The notes under the pieces were generated by a model. That model made no database searches, was not told the origin of the DNA, and worked only from the letters and a program-made list of their open reading frames with translations. Below, piece after piece: positions 49,322 through 59,880 of a DNA stretch of 64,000 nt. The stretch is from Gammaproteobacteria bacterium (GTDB lineage: Bacteria; Pseudomonadota; Gammaproteobacteria; Eutrophobiales; Eutrophobiaceae): contig CBDCTH010000004.1 of NCBI GenBank assembly GCA_965222155.1, forward strand, positions 224,001 through 288,000, in the 5' to 3' direction. The number at the start of each line of letters is the position of its first letter. Positions within the stretch are counted from its first letter, which is position 1. The translations under genes and the position numbers were made by a program.

Positions 49322-50635
49322 ATGGACAAAACACAATTCGTAAGCTGGTTCCGGTCAGCTACGCCTTACATCCGCATCCACCGCGGCAGGACATTCGTTG
49401 CGCAGGTCAGTGACAGTATGCTTCACAGCGCTGGCTTTACTTCGCTGGTCCACGACGTGGCCCTGCTTACCAGCCTGGGCATCCGGCTGGTGCTGGTATT
49501 CGGTGCCCGCGCGTCCATAGAGGCCCGCCTGAATGAGAGGGGGGTGGATTCCAGCTATCACAACGGCATACGCGCCACCGACCCGGACACCATGGAAGCG
49601 GTCAAGACGGCTGCCGGACGGCTGCTGCTAAAACTGCAAGCCGGGCTGTCCATGGGGCTTGGCAACAGTCCCATGTCCAATGCGCAAATCAGGGTGAACA
49701 CGGGAAATTATGTTTCTGCAAGACCCCTGGGCGTGATCGATGGAGTGGATTATCAGCTCACTGGCGCCATCCGCTCTATCGACGGAGAGGCTATTGCCCA
49801 CAAGCTCGATAAGGGCGAAATCGTAGTCTTGCCTCCGTTGGGTTATTCTGTGACCGGAGAGGTCTATAATTTATCAGCGCTGGCCCTGGCGTCCGAGGTG
49901 GCAGTGGCTGTGCGTGCGGACAAACTGATTTATTTAATGGAAGAGGGCGCTCAGTCCGCAGTGATGGATGGCCGACAGGTCAACCAGTTGAACCGGGAAA
50001 ATGCCCGGGAGTTGTTGAGCCGGACTGATGAACATTCGGATGGTTATCATTACCTGAAACACGCGCTGGACGCCTGCGTCAACGGTGTTCAACGCGCACA
50101 CCTGCTTAATCGGGGGGAAGACGGCGCCATATTGAACGAACTGTTCACCCGGGACGGCGCCGGGCTGATGATTTCCACCTCTGCCTATGATGTGACGCGT
50201 AAAGCAGTCACTGATGATATCGGCGCTATCCTGGATTTGATCGATCCCCATGAGCAACAGGGCGCCTTGGTAAAACGCTCCAGGGAGAAACTGGAGTTGG
50301 AGGCGGATCACTTTACTATCCTGGTCCGGGATAGCGTCATCATCGGCTGCGTCGGCCTGTATCCCTTTCCCGATGACGGGATGGGAGAAGTGGCCTGCCT
50401 GGTGGTACACCCGGATTACCAGGATGCCGGTCACGGCAACCAGTTGCTTGACGAAGTGGAGAAAGAGGCACAACGCCAGGAGCTGGACAGCCTGTTTGTG
50501 CTGACCACCCAGGCCCAGCACTGGTTTCTCGAGCGGGGTTTCCATGAAGCCTCACTGGAGAACCTGCCCATGGCAAAACAGAGCTTGTACAACTATCAGC
50601 GCAACTCCAAAATCCTGGTCAAGCACCTGAAATAA
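49322..50635 (+). CDS. argA: Amino-acid N-acetyltransferase
   Basis: WFRSATPYI-HRGRTFV, ELFTRDG, C-terminal GNAT, YNYQRNSK. Confidence 0.95.
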   Translation: MDKTQFVSWFRSATPYIRIHRGRTFVAQVSDSMLHSAGFTSLVHDVALLTSLGIRLVLVFGARASIEARLNERGVDSSYHNGIRATDPDTMEAVKTAAGRLLLKLQAGLSMGLGNSPMSNAQIRVNTGNYVSARPLGVIDGVDYQLTGAIRSIDGEAIAHKLDKGEIVVLPPLGYSVTGEVYNLSALALASEVAVAVRADKLIYLMEEGAQSAVMDGRQVNQLNRENARELLSRTDEHSDGYHYLKHALDACVNGVQRAHLLNRGEDGAILNELFTRDGAGLMISTSAYDVTRKAVTDDIGAILDLIDPHEQQGALVKRSREKLELEADHFTILVRDSVIIGCVGLYPFPDDGMGEVACLVVHPDYQDAGHGNQLLDEVEKEAQRQELDSLFVLTTQAQHWFLERGFHEASLENLPMAKQSLYNYQRNSKILVKHLK

Positions 50636-50648
50636 CACGCACAAGGTT

Positions 50649-50748
50649 CCCTCTCCCCCGCAGGGAGAGGGACAGGGTGAGGGGGAGAACCAACCGGGTA
50701 CAGGGACAGCTTCGACCAGCGCCGGGGACAGATTTAAAATCTGTCCCC
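50649..50748. repeat. CCCTCTCCC..GGGAGAGGG hairpin repeat plus GGGGACAGATTTAAAATCTGTCCCC palindrome
   Basis: Palindromes read directly; the second matches the window-wide family. Confidence 0.7.
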
Positions 50749-50766
50749 TTCGTCCCCTTCAAATAC

Positions 50767-51588
50767 TCACTCCACTGGGCCGACTTCCGTCATACTCCCA
50801 TCAGGATGGAGTTTCATGATCATGTTGTTTTCCACGATGATCGCATCGAAGCCCAGCCGGCGCTTTCTATCCAGCTCTTTGGCAACGGCATAGTCCAGAA
50901 CTTGCCCGATGAATTCCGAGTCCACGTCTTCTATACGACGCTTGGCGGGTGGCTCATATACGACGCCATCCAGCTCATAGGCTTCACGTTCCTCTTTCAC
51001 TTCAATTTGACCGGTCATGTTTGCTTGTCTTCTCATCACGTCAAACAGTTCGCTGTTTATCACTATAACATCTTCTCCTGTCTGCCGGAAAATAAGCCGT
51101 CTGGACCTCGTCGAATTGTCAAAACATTCTACTTCAGTACACAGGGGCGCGTAAAATATCAGCAGATTTTCCAAGGATCTGAGATAACGCCTGCGAATAT
51201 CCTGTTCGGGAATACCATGCCCGCCTTGTTGTACCCTCTGCCTGACCCGGTTTAATGATGCCTCCACACCGGGCAACCAGAGATAAATGAGATTAACGCA
51301 CCAACCGTCTTCCAGCATACGGCGCACTCTTGATAAATGAGACTTGCCGGAGAGAGTAGTCTCAAAAGCAAAATTTTCTCTTTTCCCGATTGATCGCGCA
51401 ATTTCCCATAAAAACAATTTCCCGGCCTCAAGCAGCTTTTCCTCCGCTCTAAGTGGAGCAAGGCCGGCAGCAATCATATCGGCATTAAGGAAAACACGGC
51501 AATCAATCAGCGGCAGGTACTTCAGCGCAAAGGTAGTTTTCCCAGCCCCGTTAGGCCCGGCTATGATTGTGCAAGTTGGTTTACTCAT
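50767..51588 (-). CDS. Zeta-toxin-like P-loop ATPase fused to a short C-terminal partner domain
   Basis: IIAGPNGAGKTT, NADMIA, FETTLSG, RVQQGGH; tail AVAKELDRKRRLG. Confidence 0.85.
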   Translation of the reverse strand: MSKPTCTIIAGPNGAGKTTFALKYLPLIDCRVFLNADMIAAGLAPLRAEEKLLEAGKLFLWEIARSIGKRENFAFETTLSGKSHLSRVRRMLEDGWCVNLIYLWLPGVEASLNRVRQRVQQGGHGIPEQDIRRRYLRSLENLLIFYAPLCTEVECFDNSTRSRRLIFRQTGEDVIVINSELFDVMRRQANMTGQIEVKEEREAYELDGVVYEPPAKRRIEDVDSEFIGQVLDYAVAKELDRKRRLGFDAIIVENNMIMKLHPDGSMTEVGPVE

Positions 51589-51713
51589 TTTAAAATCAAT
51601 CGAGTCTGACCCCATTGATTCCATTGATTTCCTAACAATACAAATAGAAAAATTAAATTTTTCTATTTAAAAGTGGTATTGTGTGGTAGATCGTTCCCTA
51701 AAGGTACACAAAC

Positions 51714-51863
51714 ATGGTCATGATCAAAAAAACCAAACCGCGCGGGCGGCCTGTCGAAAACGTGATCCCGCTGATTGACGCAAAGCCTGAAGATGTTGCC
51801 GCTGCCATTATGCAGTCCCAGCCTAAGAAAGGCTGGGAATACCTAAAGCAGAAAAGTGGTTAA
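51714..51863 (+). CDS. 49-aa small protein of the type seen beside IS1595-family transposases
   Basis: MVMIKKTKPRGRPVENVIPLIDAKPEDVAAAIMQSQPKKGWEYLKQKSG; association recalled, not verified. Confidence 0.45.
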   Translation: MVMIKKTKPRGRPVENVIPLIDAKPEDVAAAIMQSQPKKGWEYLKQKSG

Positions 51864-52205
51864 ACTGGTTTTTGCCTAGTGTTCAGACAGCCGGTAGAGA
51901 TTTTCTGGTAAAAATCAGAACTATTGACAATACTTTTGTCAAAATGCTTATATATCCAAATTATTTTTATAATTAACTTAAAGAGAGGTGAGGAGCACGG
52001 GCATGTTAAGACAAGCTTCTGTGCGGCGACAGAGTGCCGGATTATTTTTTCAACGAAGTAGTAGGTCAGCTATCGAAGCTTGATGATCTGCCCTATCCTG
52101 ATATAACCAGACAACTAAAATTTACAAATCCAGACAAAGAGTAATTGTCTACAGATAATGTAATAGCAAGCAAAAGTCTGGTGCTTGCTTAATTTGGCAT
52201 AACGG

Positions 52206-52487
52206 ATGTGGCTATATAATATTTTTATGAAAACGTCTAAAAAAAGTCGGTGGTTTTTCGCCTTTAAAGAAAGCGATGTAGTACATGAGTTAAAACTGAT
52301 CGACGGGATGTCTATAATTGATCAGATGGGAGTTCATCACATTTTAACCCCTGATGAAGCTTATAGGGAATACACAAAGAATTTAAAAAGATATTTCACA
52401 AATAGTGTGAATACGGTTGAAAAATCAACAGGAGTCGAATTTCCTCCTAGCAAGGAAAGAGCCAGCATACATGAATATAAAAAATGA
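52206..52487 (+). CDS. Hypothetical protein (AT-rich)
   Basis: ORF overlapping the start of the DUF2335-like gene. Confidence 0.45.
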   Translation: MWLYNIFMKTSKKSRWFFAFKESDVVHELKLIDGMSIIDQMGVHHILTPDEAYREYTKNLKRYFTNSVNTVEKSTGVEFPPSKERASIHEYKK

Positions 52488-52884
52488 CGAACTTGTAGAA
52501 CAATCTACACAGGAAGTTGTAGAGGGGGATTTAGAAACACAAAGGGAAGAACAATCACAAAATCAAATTGTTGGCTATAGTGGCCCACTTCCAGATGCCG
52601 AAAGTTTCAGAAGATACGAGAATGTTTTGCCTGGAGCTGCTGATCGAATTCTAACAATGGCAGAAAAGGAACAGCAAAGACACATGGAAAGCCAAAACCA
52701 ATTTACCAAATTAGAAGAAAAATGAATTTCAACTGTTAAAACAGTGAGTATTTTGACGCTTTTGGTTTCTGCTTACGCAATGTATTTAGGTCATGGATGG
52801 ATAGCAATAACAGGCCTTGGAGTTTCTTTGCTTGCCGCAATAAGTCGTTTCTTTCTTCTTAAAATTAGAATGGACAAAGACTAA
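52471..52884 (+). pseudogene. DUF2335-like membrane protein with an in-frame TGA
   Basis: YSGPLP-YENVLPGAADRILTMAEKEQ; stop at 52723-52725, then two TM segments continue in frame. Confidence 0.75.
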
Positions 52885-52920
52885 TATTTACTGCCTAAGC
52901 AGCAAACCTTTCATTTCAAT

Positions 52921-52943
52921 GGGTAATATTGTATATAAGTCCC
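52921..52943. mobile_element. Possible IS1595-family terminal repeat (single end)
   Basis: GGGTAATATTGTATATAAGTCCC abutting half of a REP palindrome (ATTTAAATCTGTCCCC). Confidence 0.4.
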
Positions 52944-52971
52944 ATTTAAATCTGTCCCCGGCAAATACTCA

Positions 52972-53273
52972 CTACACCGGACCAATCTCCGTCCTGCTCC
53001 CGTCAGGATGAAGTCGTATGGTGGTATTGTTTTCCACGATAACCGCATCAAAGCCGAGCCGGCGCTTTCTGTCCAGCTTTTTGGCAACGGCATATCCCAG
53101 AACTTGCAGAATAAATTCCGTGTCCACGTCTTCTATACGGCGCTTAGCGGGTCGCTCATAAATCCTGCCAGCCACCTCATAGACTTCACGTCATTCTTTC
53201 ACTTCAGTTTGTCCGGCGTAGTTTTCCCCACCCCGTTAGGCCCGGCTATGATTGTGCAAGTTGGTTTACTCAT
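52972..53273 (-). pseudogene. Internally deleted duplicate of the zeta-like gene
   Basis: MSKPTCTIIAGPNGVGKTT joined to YERPAKRRIEDVDTEF-AVAKKLDRKRRLGFD; near-identical to both ends of 50767-51588. Confidence 0.85.
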
Positions 53274-53275
53274 TT

Positions 53276-54337
53276 TTAAAGTCTGTCACTGACAAAACAG
53301 GGTTTGAATGCCGGGGTCGACTCTTCCCTGAACCCCGCATCGGCATGGATGATAAAATATGCTGCCAGTCCGTTTTGTCTTGCCAGTTCAAGGCCCTGTT
53401 CCGGGCCCAGCACAAGCAGGCCTGTCGCCCACGCGTCGGCCAGCATGGTTGATGTGTGCAACACCGTCACCGAGGCAAGGCCATGGGTGACCGGATGGCC
53501 CGTGCGCGGGTCGATCGTATGTGAATAGCGGGCCCCGTCTTTCTCGAAATAATTCCGGTAATCACCCGAGGTCGCCATGGCCATGTTCTCCAGTTTGATG
53601 ATTTTCCGCACGGCACGAGATCCGGCAACGGGTTTTTCAATCCCGATTTGCCAGGGTCCATTTTTGTCGTTTACGCCCCGGGCGCGAATTTCCCCGCCGA
53701 TTTCCACCAGGTAGTTGTCTAGTTGTATCCGCTCCAGGTAGTCGGCGATCTCATCCACACCATAACCCTTTGCGATAGCGGAAAGATCGATATACATTCC
53801 GGCAGCCGCTTTTTTCAGGTTAGAAGCTGCGGGGTCAAGTTGCAGTTTTTGATAACCAACCAGGCGTAAAGCCGTATCGATCTGCTCCTCCTCCGGGACA
53901 GTGAAATCCTGTTCCGGGCCGAACCCCCACAGGTTGACCAGGGGGCCGACGCTGACATCAAACGCACCCCGCGTTAATCGGCTCAGCTCCCTTGCGGTCT
54001 GTAACACGTGCATCAGGGATGCGCTTACGGAGAGCCAATCGGTACTATCAGTATTGTTTATCCAGGATAGTTCCGACTTGGACAGGTAGCTGGACATCTC
54101 CAGGTTGACCTTGTTGAGAATAGCGTCGAATTGCGCCTGCAAATGCTGCCTTGAATGCGGTTGCGTCGCACCATAAATCATCACGGAATAGGTCGTCCCC
54201 ATCGTCAGCCCGGTAAATTCATGCATCTGCTCCGGCCGCTCCGACTGGCATGCAGACAGGCAGAGGAAGCAGATAAGGGATAACAGAACAGGGCGAATCG
54301 GGGTCATTTCAGAGTCGGAGGTTGCCCCTGTAGTCAT
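53276..54337 (-). CDS. apbE: FAD:protein FMN transferase lipoprotein
   Basis: TMGTTY, DLSAIAKGY, ATSGDYRNY, SHTIDPRTG. Confidence 0.95.
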   Translation of the reverse strand: MTTGATSDSEMTPIRPVLLSLICFLCLSACQSERPEQMHEFTGLTMGTTYSVMIYGATQPHSRQHLQAQFDAILNKVNLEMSSYLSKSELSWINNTDSTDWLSVSASLMHVLQTARELSRLTRGAFDVSVGPLVNLWGFGPEQDFTVPEEEQIDTALRLVGYQKLQLDPAASNLKKAAAGMYIDLSAIAKGYGVDEIADYLERIQLDNYLVEIGGEIRARGVNDKNGPWQIGIEKPVAGSRAVRKIIKLENMAMATSGDYRNYFEKDGARYSHTIDPRTGHPVTHGLASVTVLHTSTMLADAWATGLLVLGPEQGLELARQNGLAAYFIIHADAGFREESTPAFKPCFVSDRL

Positions 54338-54374
54338 TCATTTATCCTCCGAATACTGCAACGGGATGATCCCA

Positions 54375-56144
54375 TCACATTATGGCGGTTCCCTGTTCCC
54401 TCTCCTCCATTCCCTGATCGTGTGCCGGCATCGAATGCCGGAAATAAGGAATAACCGGTTCAATATCGCCACTCAGGTTCTTGTTCTTGACGCCGTTCCA
54501 GTAATCAGCCGTGAGCAGGTCGCCGTGGACTTCCAGGAACAGGGCGCGCAAACCGGGTTCCATGGATAAAAATTTGATGAACTCTTCCGGGAAAATATCG
54601 TTTTTGTTGACGTGGAACCAGACATCCGAACGCATCAGGTCTTCGTCATCATCACTGTCCGGGATGTCGCGGAAATCGCATTCCGTTACCAGCGCCACTT
54701 CATCGTAATCATAGAAAACAACCCGCCGGTGGCGGGTCACGCCGAAGTTTTTCAGCAACAGGTCGCCGGGGAAGATATTGGTATTGGCCAGGTCCTTGAT
54801 GGTCTGCCCGTAATCCAGTATGACCTCGTTGGCATTGGCGCGACCGGCTTCCCTCAGGTACAGGTTCAATGGCCGTACCCGGCGCTCGATATAGACGTGG
54901 TCGATAATTAATTGATCCTTCTCAACACGCACGGTTCCGGCCGCTTCGCTGAGCAGTTCTTCCAGCAAATCATCACCGAAGCGGTTTAACGGGAATTCCA
55001 GGTTGCGGAATACCTGGGTATCGATTAAACGGCCGGCCCGATCATGGCGGGAGACCAGCTTGTATTTATTTTGCACCTCCTCCCTGTTGATGGTTTTCGG
55101 ATAACCGAAATTGTCCCGGATAATTTTAAATACCAGATCATAAGAGGGTAATGTGAATACCAGCATCACCAGGCCCTTATCGCCTTCGGCATGCACGAAC
55201 TTGTCATCCGTGTTTTCCAGGTGGTGCGAAAAGATGCGGTAGCGCTCGGTCTTGCCCTGGCGCAACCTGCCCAATACCGTGTACAACTCGTCAATGGGCT
55301 TGGCCGGCAGGATGGAATGCAGGAAATGCACCGCGCCGATTACGGAATGCGGGTTGGCAAAATAATAGGACCGGGTATAACTGAATACGATACTGACTTC
55401 TTCCTCGGACAACAGCACTGCGTCCACCTCGATGCCGTCGCCAGAATTTTTCAGGGCGATAATGATAGGGTTAACGTGGTCTTGCTGTATGGTACGGCCG
55501 ATTAAATAGGCCCGGGCTGATTGAAAAAACGCCGAGTCGATAAATTCAAACCTGAGAAATTCACCATATTGGCGCAGGTGCCCCTGGTAATAGCGCTGGA
55601 TTTCCTGGCTGATGGTCCTGGATTCCGCAGTAATATTTTTAAAGGGTACCTTGAAGGCAAAATCATCAAGAATATTTTTGAATGTCTTGCTCAGTGAACC
55701 CCAGTAGGGATAGCGGTTCAGGGTCAGCGTCTCCAGCGGGTTAAAACCTTCATCCGGCGCCGAGGAAACAAATTCGATCTCCGAGTCGATGCCCACCGTA
55801 TCAAAGATGCGCCGGGTTATGGAATTGAAGAACGTCTTCATGAAACCGGCGTCAGGCACGTTATACAGCCGTTCACCAAAATATCCCCGCGTACTGTGCC
55901 AGAGCTTGCGATCGATTACTCTTGGACCCAGATTTTTCCGCAACGAGATAACGATGCGGCGCACGGATTTTTCATAGAGTTCGACCCGTTCGGCTATGTC
56001 CTGATGATGCCCACCCCAGTCCTGATGCTCAAAACGCCGCCGGGCGCGCTCCGTAATACGGGTGAAATTCTCGTTATATTTCAGGAATCCTTCGTAGATA
56101 AACTCCGAGATGCGCGCAATGGTCTGTTTTCGCTGCTCTGACAT
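54375..56144 (-). CDS. aceK: Isocitrate dehydrogenase kinase/phosphatase
   Basis: KTFFNS, GLVMLVFTLPSY, HDRAGRL, NIFPGDLLLKNFGVTRHRRVVFYDYDE. Confidence 0.95.
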   Translation of the reverse strand: MSEQRKQTIARISEFIYEGFLKYNENFTRITERARRRFEHQDWGGHHQDIAERVELYEKSVRRIVISLRKNLGPRVIDRKLWHSTRGYFGERLYNVPDAGFMKTFFNSITRRIFDTVGIDSEIEFVSSAPDEGFNPLETLTLNRYPYWGSLSKTFKNILDDFAFKVPFKNITAESRTISQEIQRYYQGHLRQYGEFLRFEFIDSAFFQSARAYLIGRTIQQDHVNPIIIALKNSGDGIEVDAVLLSEEEVSIVFSYTRSYYFANPHSVIGAVHFLHSILPAKPIDELYTVLGRLRQGKTERYRIFSHHLENTDDKFVHAEGDKGLVMLVFTLPSYDLVFKIIRDNFGYPKTINREEVQNKYKLVSRHDRAGRLIDTQVFRNLEFPLNRFGDDLLEELLSEAAGTVRVEKDQLIIDHVYIERRVRPLNLYLREAGRANANEVILDYGQTIKDLANTNIFPGDLLLKNFGVTRHRRVVFYDYDEVALVTECDFRDIPDSDDDEDLMRSDVWFHVNKNDIFPEEFIKFLSMEPGLRALFLEVHGDLLTADYWNGVKNKNLSGDIEPVIPYFRHSMPAHDQGMEEREQGTAIM

Positions 56145-56156
56145 TGGTACGGTCAG

Positions 56157-56498
56157 CCCGGATTTCTCACCAGGTGATGCGATGATTGCGCCGGATTTTT
56201 TGCGTCAGCGGGTGCCTGCGACCGAAAGCATAGCCGTAGCTATGGTTAAGGGACAAATCGTCAGGACAGACAATTTGCACGGCGACAGCCGCCCGCAGGG
56301 TTGCGCCCCAGAGCCTGCCCCTGTATGGAGTTGAGCAGGGGGATGGGCGCAATGAACACGTGCCCGCTGGCGCAAAAAAGACAAGCAAGGGCGCATCAAG
56401 CGTAGTTTGTTTTAGTGACATCATCGACATGTTATCGTAACTCATTGTCAGCAAACAAGGTATCAGATGGCAATAAGCGGCCTGGTGAGAAATCCGGG
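56157..56498. mobile_element. 342-bp MITE, CCCGGATTTC family, with nested hairpins
   Basis: CCCGGATTTCTCACCAGG / CCTGGTGAGAAATCCGGG; interior partly homologous (reverse) to 29243-29578; abuts the icd stop. Confidence 0.85.
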
Positions 56499-57794
56499 CT
56501 ACATATTTGCGATTAATGCCTGGCCGAACTCGCTGCAACTGACTTTATTTGCGCCCTCCATTAACCGGGCAAAGTCATAGGTGACTGTCTTGGAGCATAT
56601 CGTATTATCCATACCGGATATGACAAGGTCTGCAGCTTCCGTCCAGCCCAGGTAGCGCAGCATCATCTCACCGGAGAGCACCAGGGAGCCCGGGTTGACC
56701 TTGTCCTGGTTGGCATACTTGGGCGCGGTGCCGTGAGTCGCCTCGAATACGGCATGACCGGTGTCATAGTTGATGTTACCCCCGGGCGCTATGCCGATAC
56801 CGCCGACCTGTGCTGCCAATGCATCGGACAGGTAATCACCGTTCAGGTTCATGGTGGCAATCACATCGAATTCCCTGGGTCGGGTCAATACCTGTTGCAG
56901 GGTAATATCGGCAATGGCGTCCTTGATCAGTATTTTTCCGCCGACCAGCGCTTCCTCCTGTTCCTGGTTGGCTGCCTCTGCTCCTTTTGCCGAGCGGGTG
57001 CGTTCCCATTGATCCCAGGTATAGGTCTGGTCAGCGAAGGAGTCCTCCGCTAACGCATAGCCCCAGTTACGGAACGCGCCTTCGGTGTATTTCATGATGT
57101 TGCCCTTGTGTACAAATGTCACGCTCTTGCGCTTATTATCCAGCGCGTACTGGATTGCAGCCTTGACCAGGCGCTCCGTCCCCTCCCGGGAGATCGGCTT
57201 GATGCCGATACCCGTGGTCTCCGGAAAGCGAATTTTCCGGTAATAGTTGGGAAATGCATCCTGCAGTAATTCCAGAAATTTCCGGTTCTCTTCCGTCCCT
57301 TGTTCAAACTCTATACCAGCATAGATGTCTTCGGTGTTTTCCCGGAATATGACCATGTCCACGAGTTGCGGGTTTTTTGTCGGCGAGGGTACGCCCTGAA
57401 ACCAGCGCACCGGACGCAGGCAGACATAAAGATCAAGGATCTGGCGCAGGGCGACGTTCAGGGACCGAATACCGCCGCCGATGGGAGTGGTCAGCGGGCC
57501 CTTGATGGCAACCAGGTATTCCCGGCAGCGGTCCAGGGTCTCGTCCGGTAGCCAGGATCCGGTCAGTTCATTGGCTTTTTCACCGGCATAAACTTCCAGC
57601 CAGTGAATTTCCCGTTGACCGTTATAGGCCTTGGCTACCGCCGCATCAAGTACCTGCCGGGTCGCCCGCCAGACGTCAGGACCGATACCGTCTCCTTCAA
57701 TAAATGGTATTACCGGGTGATCCGGTACTTGCAGTCGTCCATTCTCAATAGTGATTTTTTCCCCTTCGGGGGGTATCGAAAGCGCTGTGGCCAC
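56499..57794 (-). CDS. icd: NADP-dependent isocitrate dehydrogenase
   Basis: [41 protein letters not shown]. Confidence 0.97.
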   Translation of the reverse strand: MATALSIPPEGEKITIENGRLQVPDHPVIPFIEGDGIGPDVWRATRQVLDAAVAKAYNGQREIHWLEVYAGEKANELTGSWLPDETLDRCREYLVAIKGPLTTPIGGGIRSLNVALRQILDLYVCLRPVRWFQGVPSPTKNPQLVDMVIFRENTEDIYAGIEFEQGTEENRKFLELLQDAFPNYYRKIRFPETTGIGIKPISREGTERLVKAAIQYALDNKRKSVTFVHKGNIMKYTEGAFRNWGYALAEDSFADQTYTWDQWERTRSAKGAEAANQEQEEALVGGKILIKDAIADITLQQVLTRPREFDVIATMNLNGDYLSDALAAQVGGIGIAPGGNINYDTGHAVFEATHGTAPKYANQDKVNPGSLVLSGEMMLRYLGWTEAADLVISGMDNTICSKTVTYDFARLMEGANKVSCSEFGQALIANM

Positions 57795-57893
57795 GTTAAA
57801 TCTCCATGTTTGGTGAATTTTTGCAATAGCTTACCATATCTCTTACTTGCTGAGCAGTTGACAGCGCCGGTGAGCAGGGCGGAAAGAGGGATA

Positions 57894-58265
57894 TTATTTC
57901 GGATAGTACCTGACGTTTTTTAAATCCTTGAAATCTGCATCCTGTGTCCACACCAGGGCCTCATATCTGCGCGCCGTCGCGTAAATAATGCTATCAGCCA
58001 AGGGCAGTTTGCATTCAACTCCGAAATAAGCCGCATCCACTGCTAACCCCTCATTCAGAGGAACAACCTTCCCTTGTTCCATATGCGCAATGGCTCGCAG
58101 GGCTGCCTCCTCACCTCGTTGACGCAGAATATTCTTAAAAACCTCAGTTAAGGTAATACTGGGTACCAGCAGCTCTTCCAATCTTCCAATCGGATCGGCA
58201 AAAGATCGTGAATTTTTATCGTTGGCAAAATAGGACAACCATCCCGACGAATCGACTACATTCAT
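57894..58265 (-). CDS. vapC: VapC PIN-domain toxin
   Basis: VVDSSGW, LADSIIYATA, WTQDADF. Confidence 0.92.
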   Translation of the reverse strand: MNVVDSSGWLSYFANDKNSRSFADPIGRLEELLVPSITLTEVFKNILRQRGEEAALRAIAHMEQGKVVPLNEGLAVDAAYFGVECKLPLADSIIYATARRYEALVWTQDADFKDLKNVRYYPK

Positions 58266-58468
58266 AGCCGATCTTTGTCGCGTTCTACACTTGTATCAAT
58301 GCCTTTCAGGAAGCCTCTCAAGTTCTCCATTGGCTCTATCGGAATAAGCTGTATCCGCTTTCGGTAACTGAGCATCTGAACTTTCTGTCCGGAGACGATT
58401 CCGCTTGACTCCCTGATTTCTTTAGGAATTACAATTTGGTACTTAGGTGAAACGGTAACAGTAGTCAT
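58262..58468 (-). CDS. vapB: AbrB/MazE-type antitoxin
   Basis: VTVSPKYQIVIPKEIRE; ATGA overlap with the toxin. Confidence 0.9.
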   Translation of the reverse strand: MTTVTVSPKYQIVIPKEIRESSGIVSGQKVQMLSYRKRIQLIPIEPMENLRGFLKGIDTSVERDKDRL

Positions 58469-58500
58469 GGGTAATTCTTCATCGATAGAGATATCATTTT

Positions 58501-58529
58501 ACAATAATACCATCGATGTATCCTGTCAA
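58501..58529 (-). promoter_or_regulatory. Sigma70-type promoter of vapBC with a CATCGATG palindrome
   Basis: Minus strand TTGACA-N17-TATTGT; ATCGAT repeated at about 58481 and 58512. Confidence 0.5.
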
Positions 58530-58718
58530 GACTCAGTAGAATGATAAATTAATCAGGTCAACAAACCGGGCATGACTTTAAGATGGCACTGACAGTACCG
58601 TAGCGGGATGAGTCTATATAGTCCCATAAACGGACTCAGCGCGCTGCCTGCCGCACTTGCCGAAAAAACACCAGCGCATCAGAAACATAATCGCCGTGAT
58701 GGGCAAGGCACGCCAGTT

Positions 58719-59183
58719 TTATTGCTCTAATACCCCTTCAGCTTCGTCTTCCAGCATTGGGCCGATGACTTCCATGGGCCAAGGGGCTTCAGCGAATACG
58801 CCGGCCGCGTGCATGGGCAGCGCGGGGGCCTTGGGGGCAGTGTCAAATAACCGGTAAATCGCCTCCATTCCCAGCCCGAACACGACCCGGCGGATATTGG
58901 CCCAGACGATGGCGCCGGCGCACATGGGGCAGGGTTCGCCGCTGGCATACAGGGTGAACGTCTTTAGCTGATCGGGTTTAAATTTCCTGGACGCAACCCG
59001 GATCAGGTTCATTTCCGCGTGCGCGGTGACATCGTTGTCGGTGACCACCGAGTTCTGCGCCGCCAGTACGGGTGTGCCGTCCGTATCGACCAGCAATGCG
59101 CCGAACGCATGATTGCCGCGTTCCCGCGCGCGTTCGGCTTCCTTGAAGGCAATGCGCAGGTAATGTTTATCTACATTCTTCAT
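58719..59183 (-). CDS. Nucleoside/guanine deaminase family (CDA fold)
   Basis: AHAE and EPCPMC zinc motifs. Confidence 0.9.
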   Translation of the reverse strand: MKNVDKHYLRIAFKEAERARERGNHAFGALLVDTDGTPVLAAQNSVVTDNDVTAHAEMNLIRVASRKFKPDQLKTFTLYASGEPCPMCAGAIVWANIRRVVFGLGMEAIYRLFDTAPKAPALPMHAAGVFAEAPWPMEVIGPMLEDEAEGVLEQ

Positions 59184-59221
59184 CCGGCCGTATATATATT
59201 ACTTATCTGCGGTAATCTGCG

Positions 59222-59880
59222 TCATCTGCGGATAAAAATCTGATCATGCAGGAACGGGTCGCCCCGCATGGCAGTCTCCGTGTCCAGCAGGATGCCGCAA
59301 GCCGGACAGCCGAACGAACGCAACACCGCTTCCCCACCACTGGAATAAGGGTCTCCCAGTGTCTGCATGGGGGTTTCCTGCACACTGGCGGCATCCTTCC
59401 AGTCACTGCCCGTATCGGCTAATGCCTGTCCGCAGTGTTTGCAGGAGACGTGCGCGCTTGTGACCAGAACGGGTTTCATTCCGTTTTTTCTCTGCGACAG
59501 CAGGGCAGCCCTTTTTTTGTCTGTGAGAAGCGGGTCAGGCTCTCCCGTCCCCGCGTCCATGACGACTCCGTAGACGGTTTCTGCAAATTCCGCGGAAGTC
59601 AGGCCGTTGTGTACGTCGCGGCCCACCTCTTCCGGCGGTCGCAGCAGGGGGTCGCCGTAACCGCCGCCGCCATTCCAGCGCACGTACAGGGCGTCGTTAC
59701 CCATTAACGGAAACACCCCCCAGTCAACGCTTTGTTGTTCGCCTGCCATGGGCTCTGTCCGGGCCGGCGGTGCGCTGTTGCCCGGTTGCGGTTCACTGTT
59801 CTTAATCCAGAAGTAGGCGTTGGACGAGCCGGGAAAGCCGCCGGCAGCGTGCAGTTCACGATAGTGCCTTCCGGCGCGAT
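59222..59880 (-). pseudogene. Hydantoinase B/oxoprolinase C-terminal remnant fused to an acetone-carboxylase-gamma-like Zn domain
   Basis: IAPEGTIVNC, GGGGYGDPLLR-V-DV-YGVV, CKHC...CPACGILLDTE; most of the gene is deleted. Confidence 0.7.

Noticed and set aside
52723-52725. TGA read-through or recoding in the DUF2335-like and Lrp-like genes
   Set aside because: Many intact genes here end in TGA and no SECIS-like context is evident; simple nonsense mutations are more likely.
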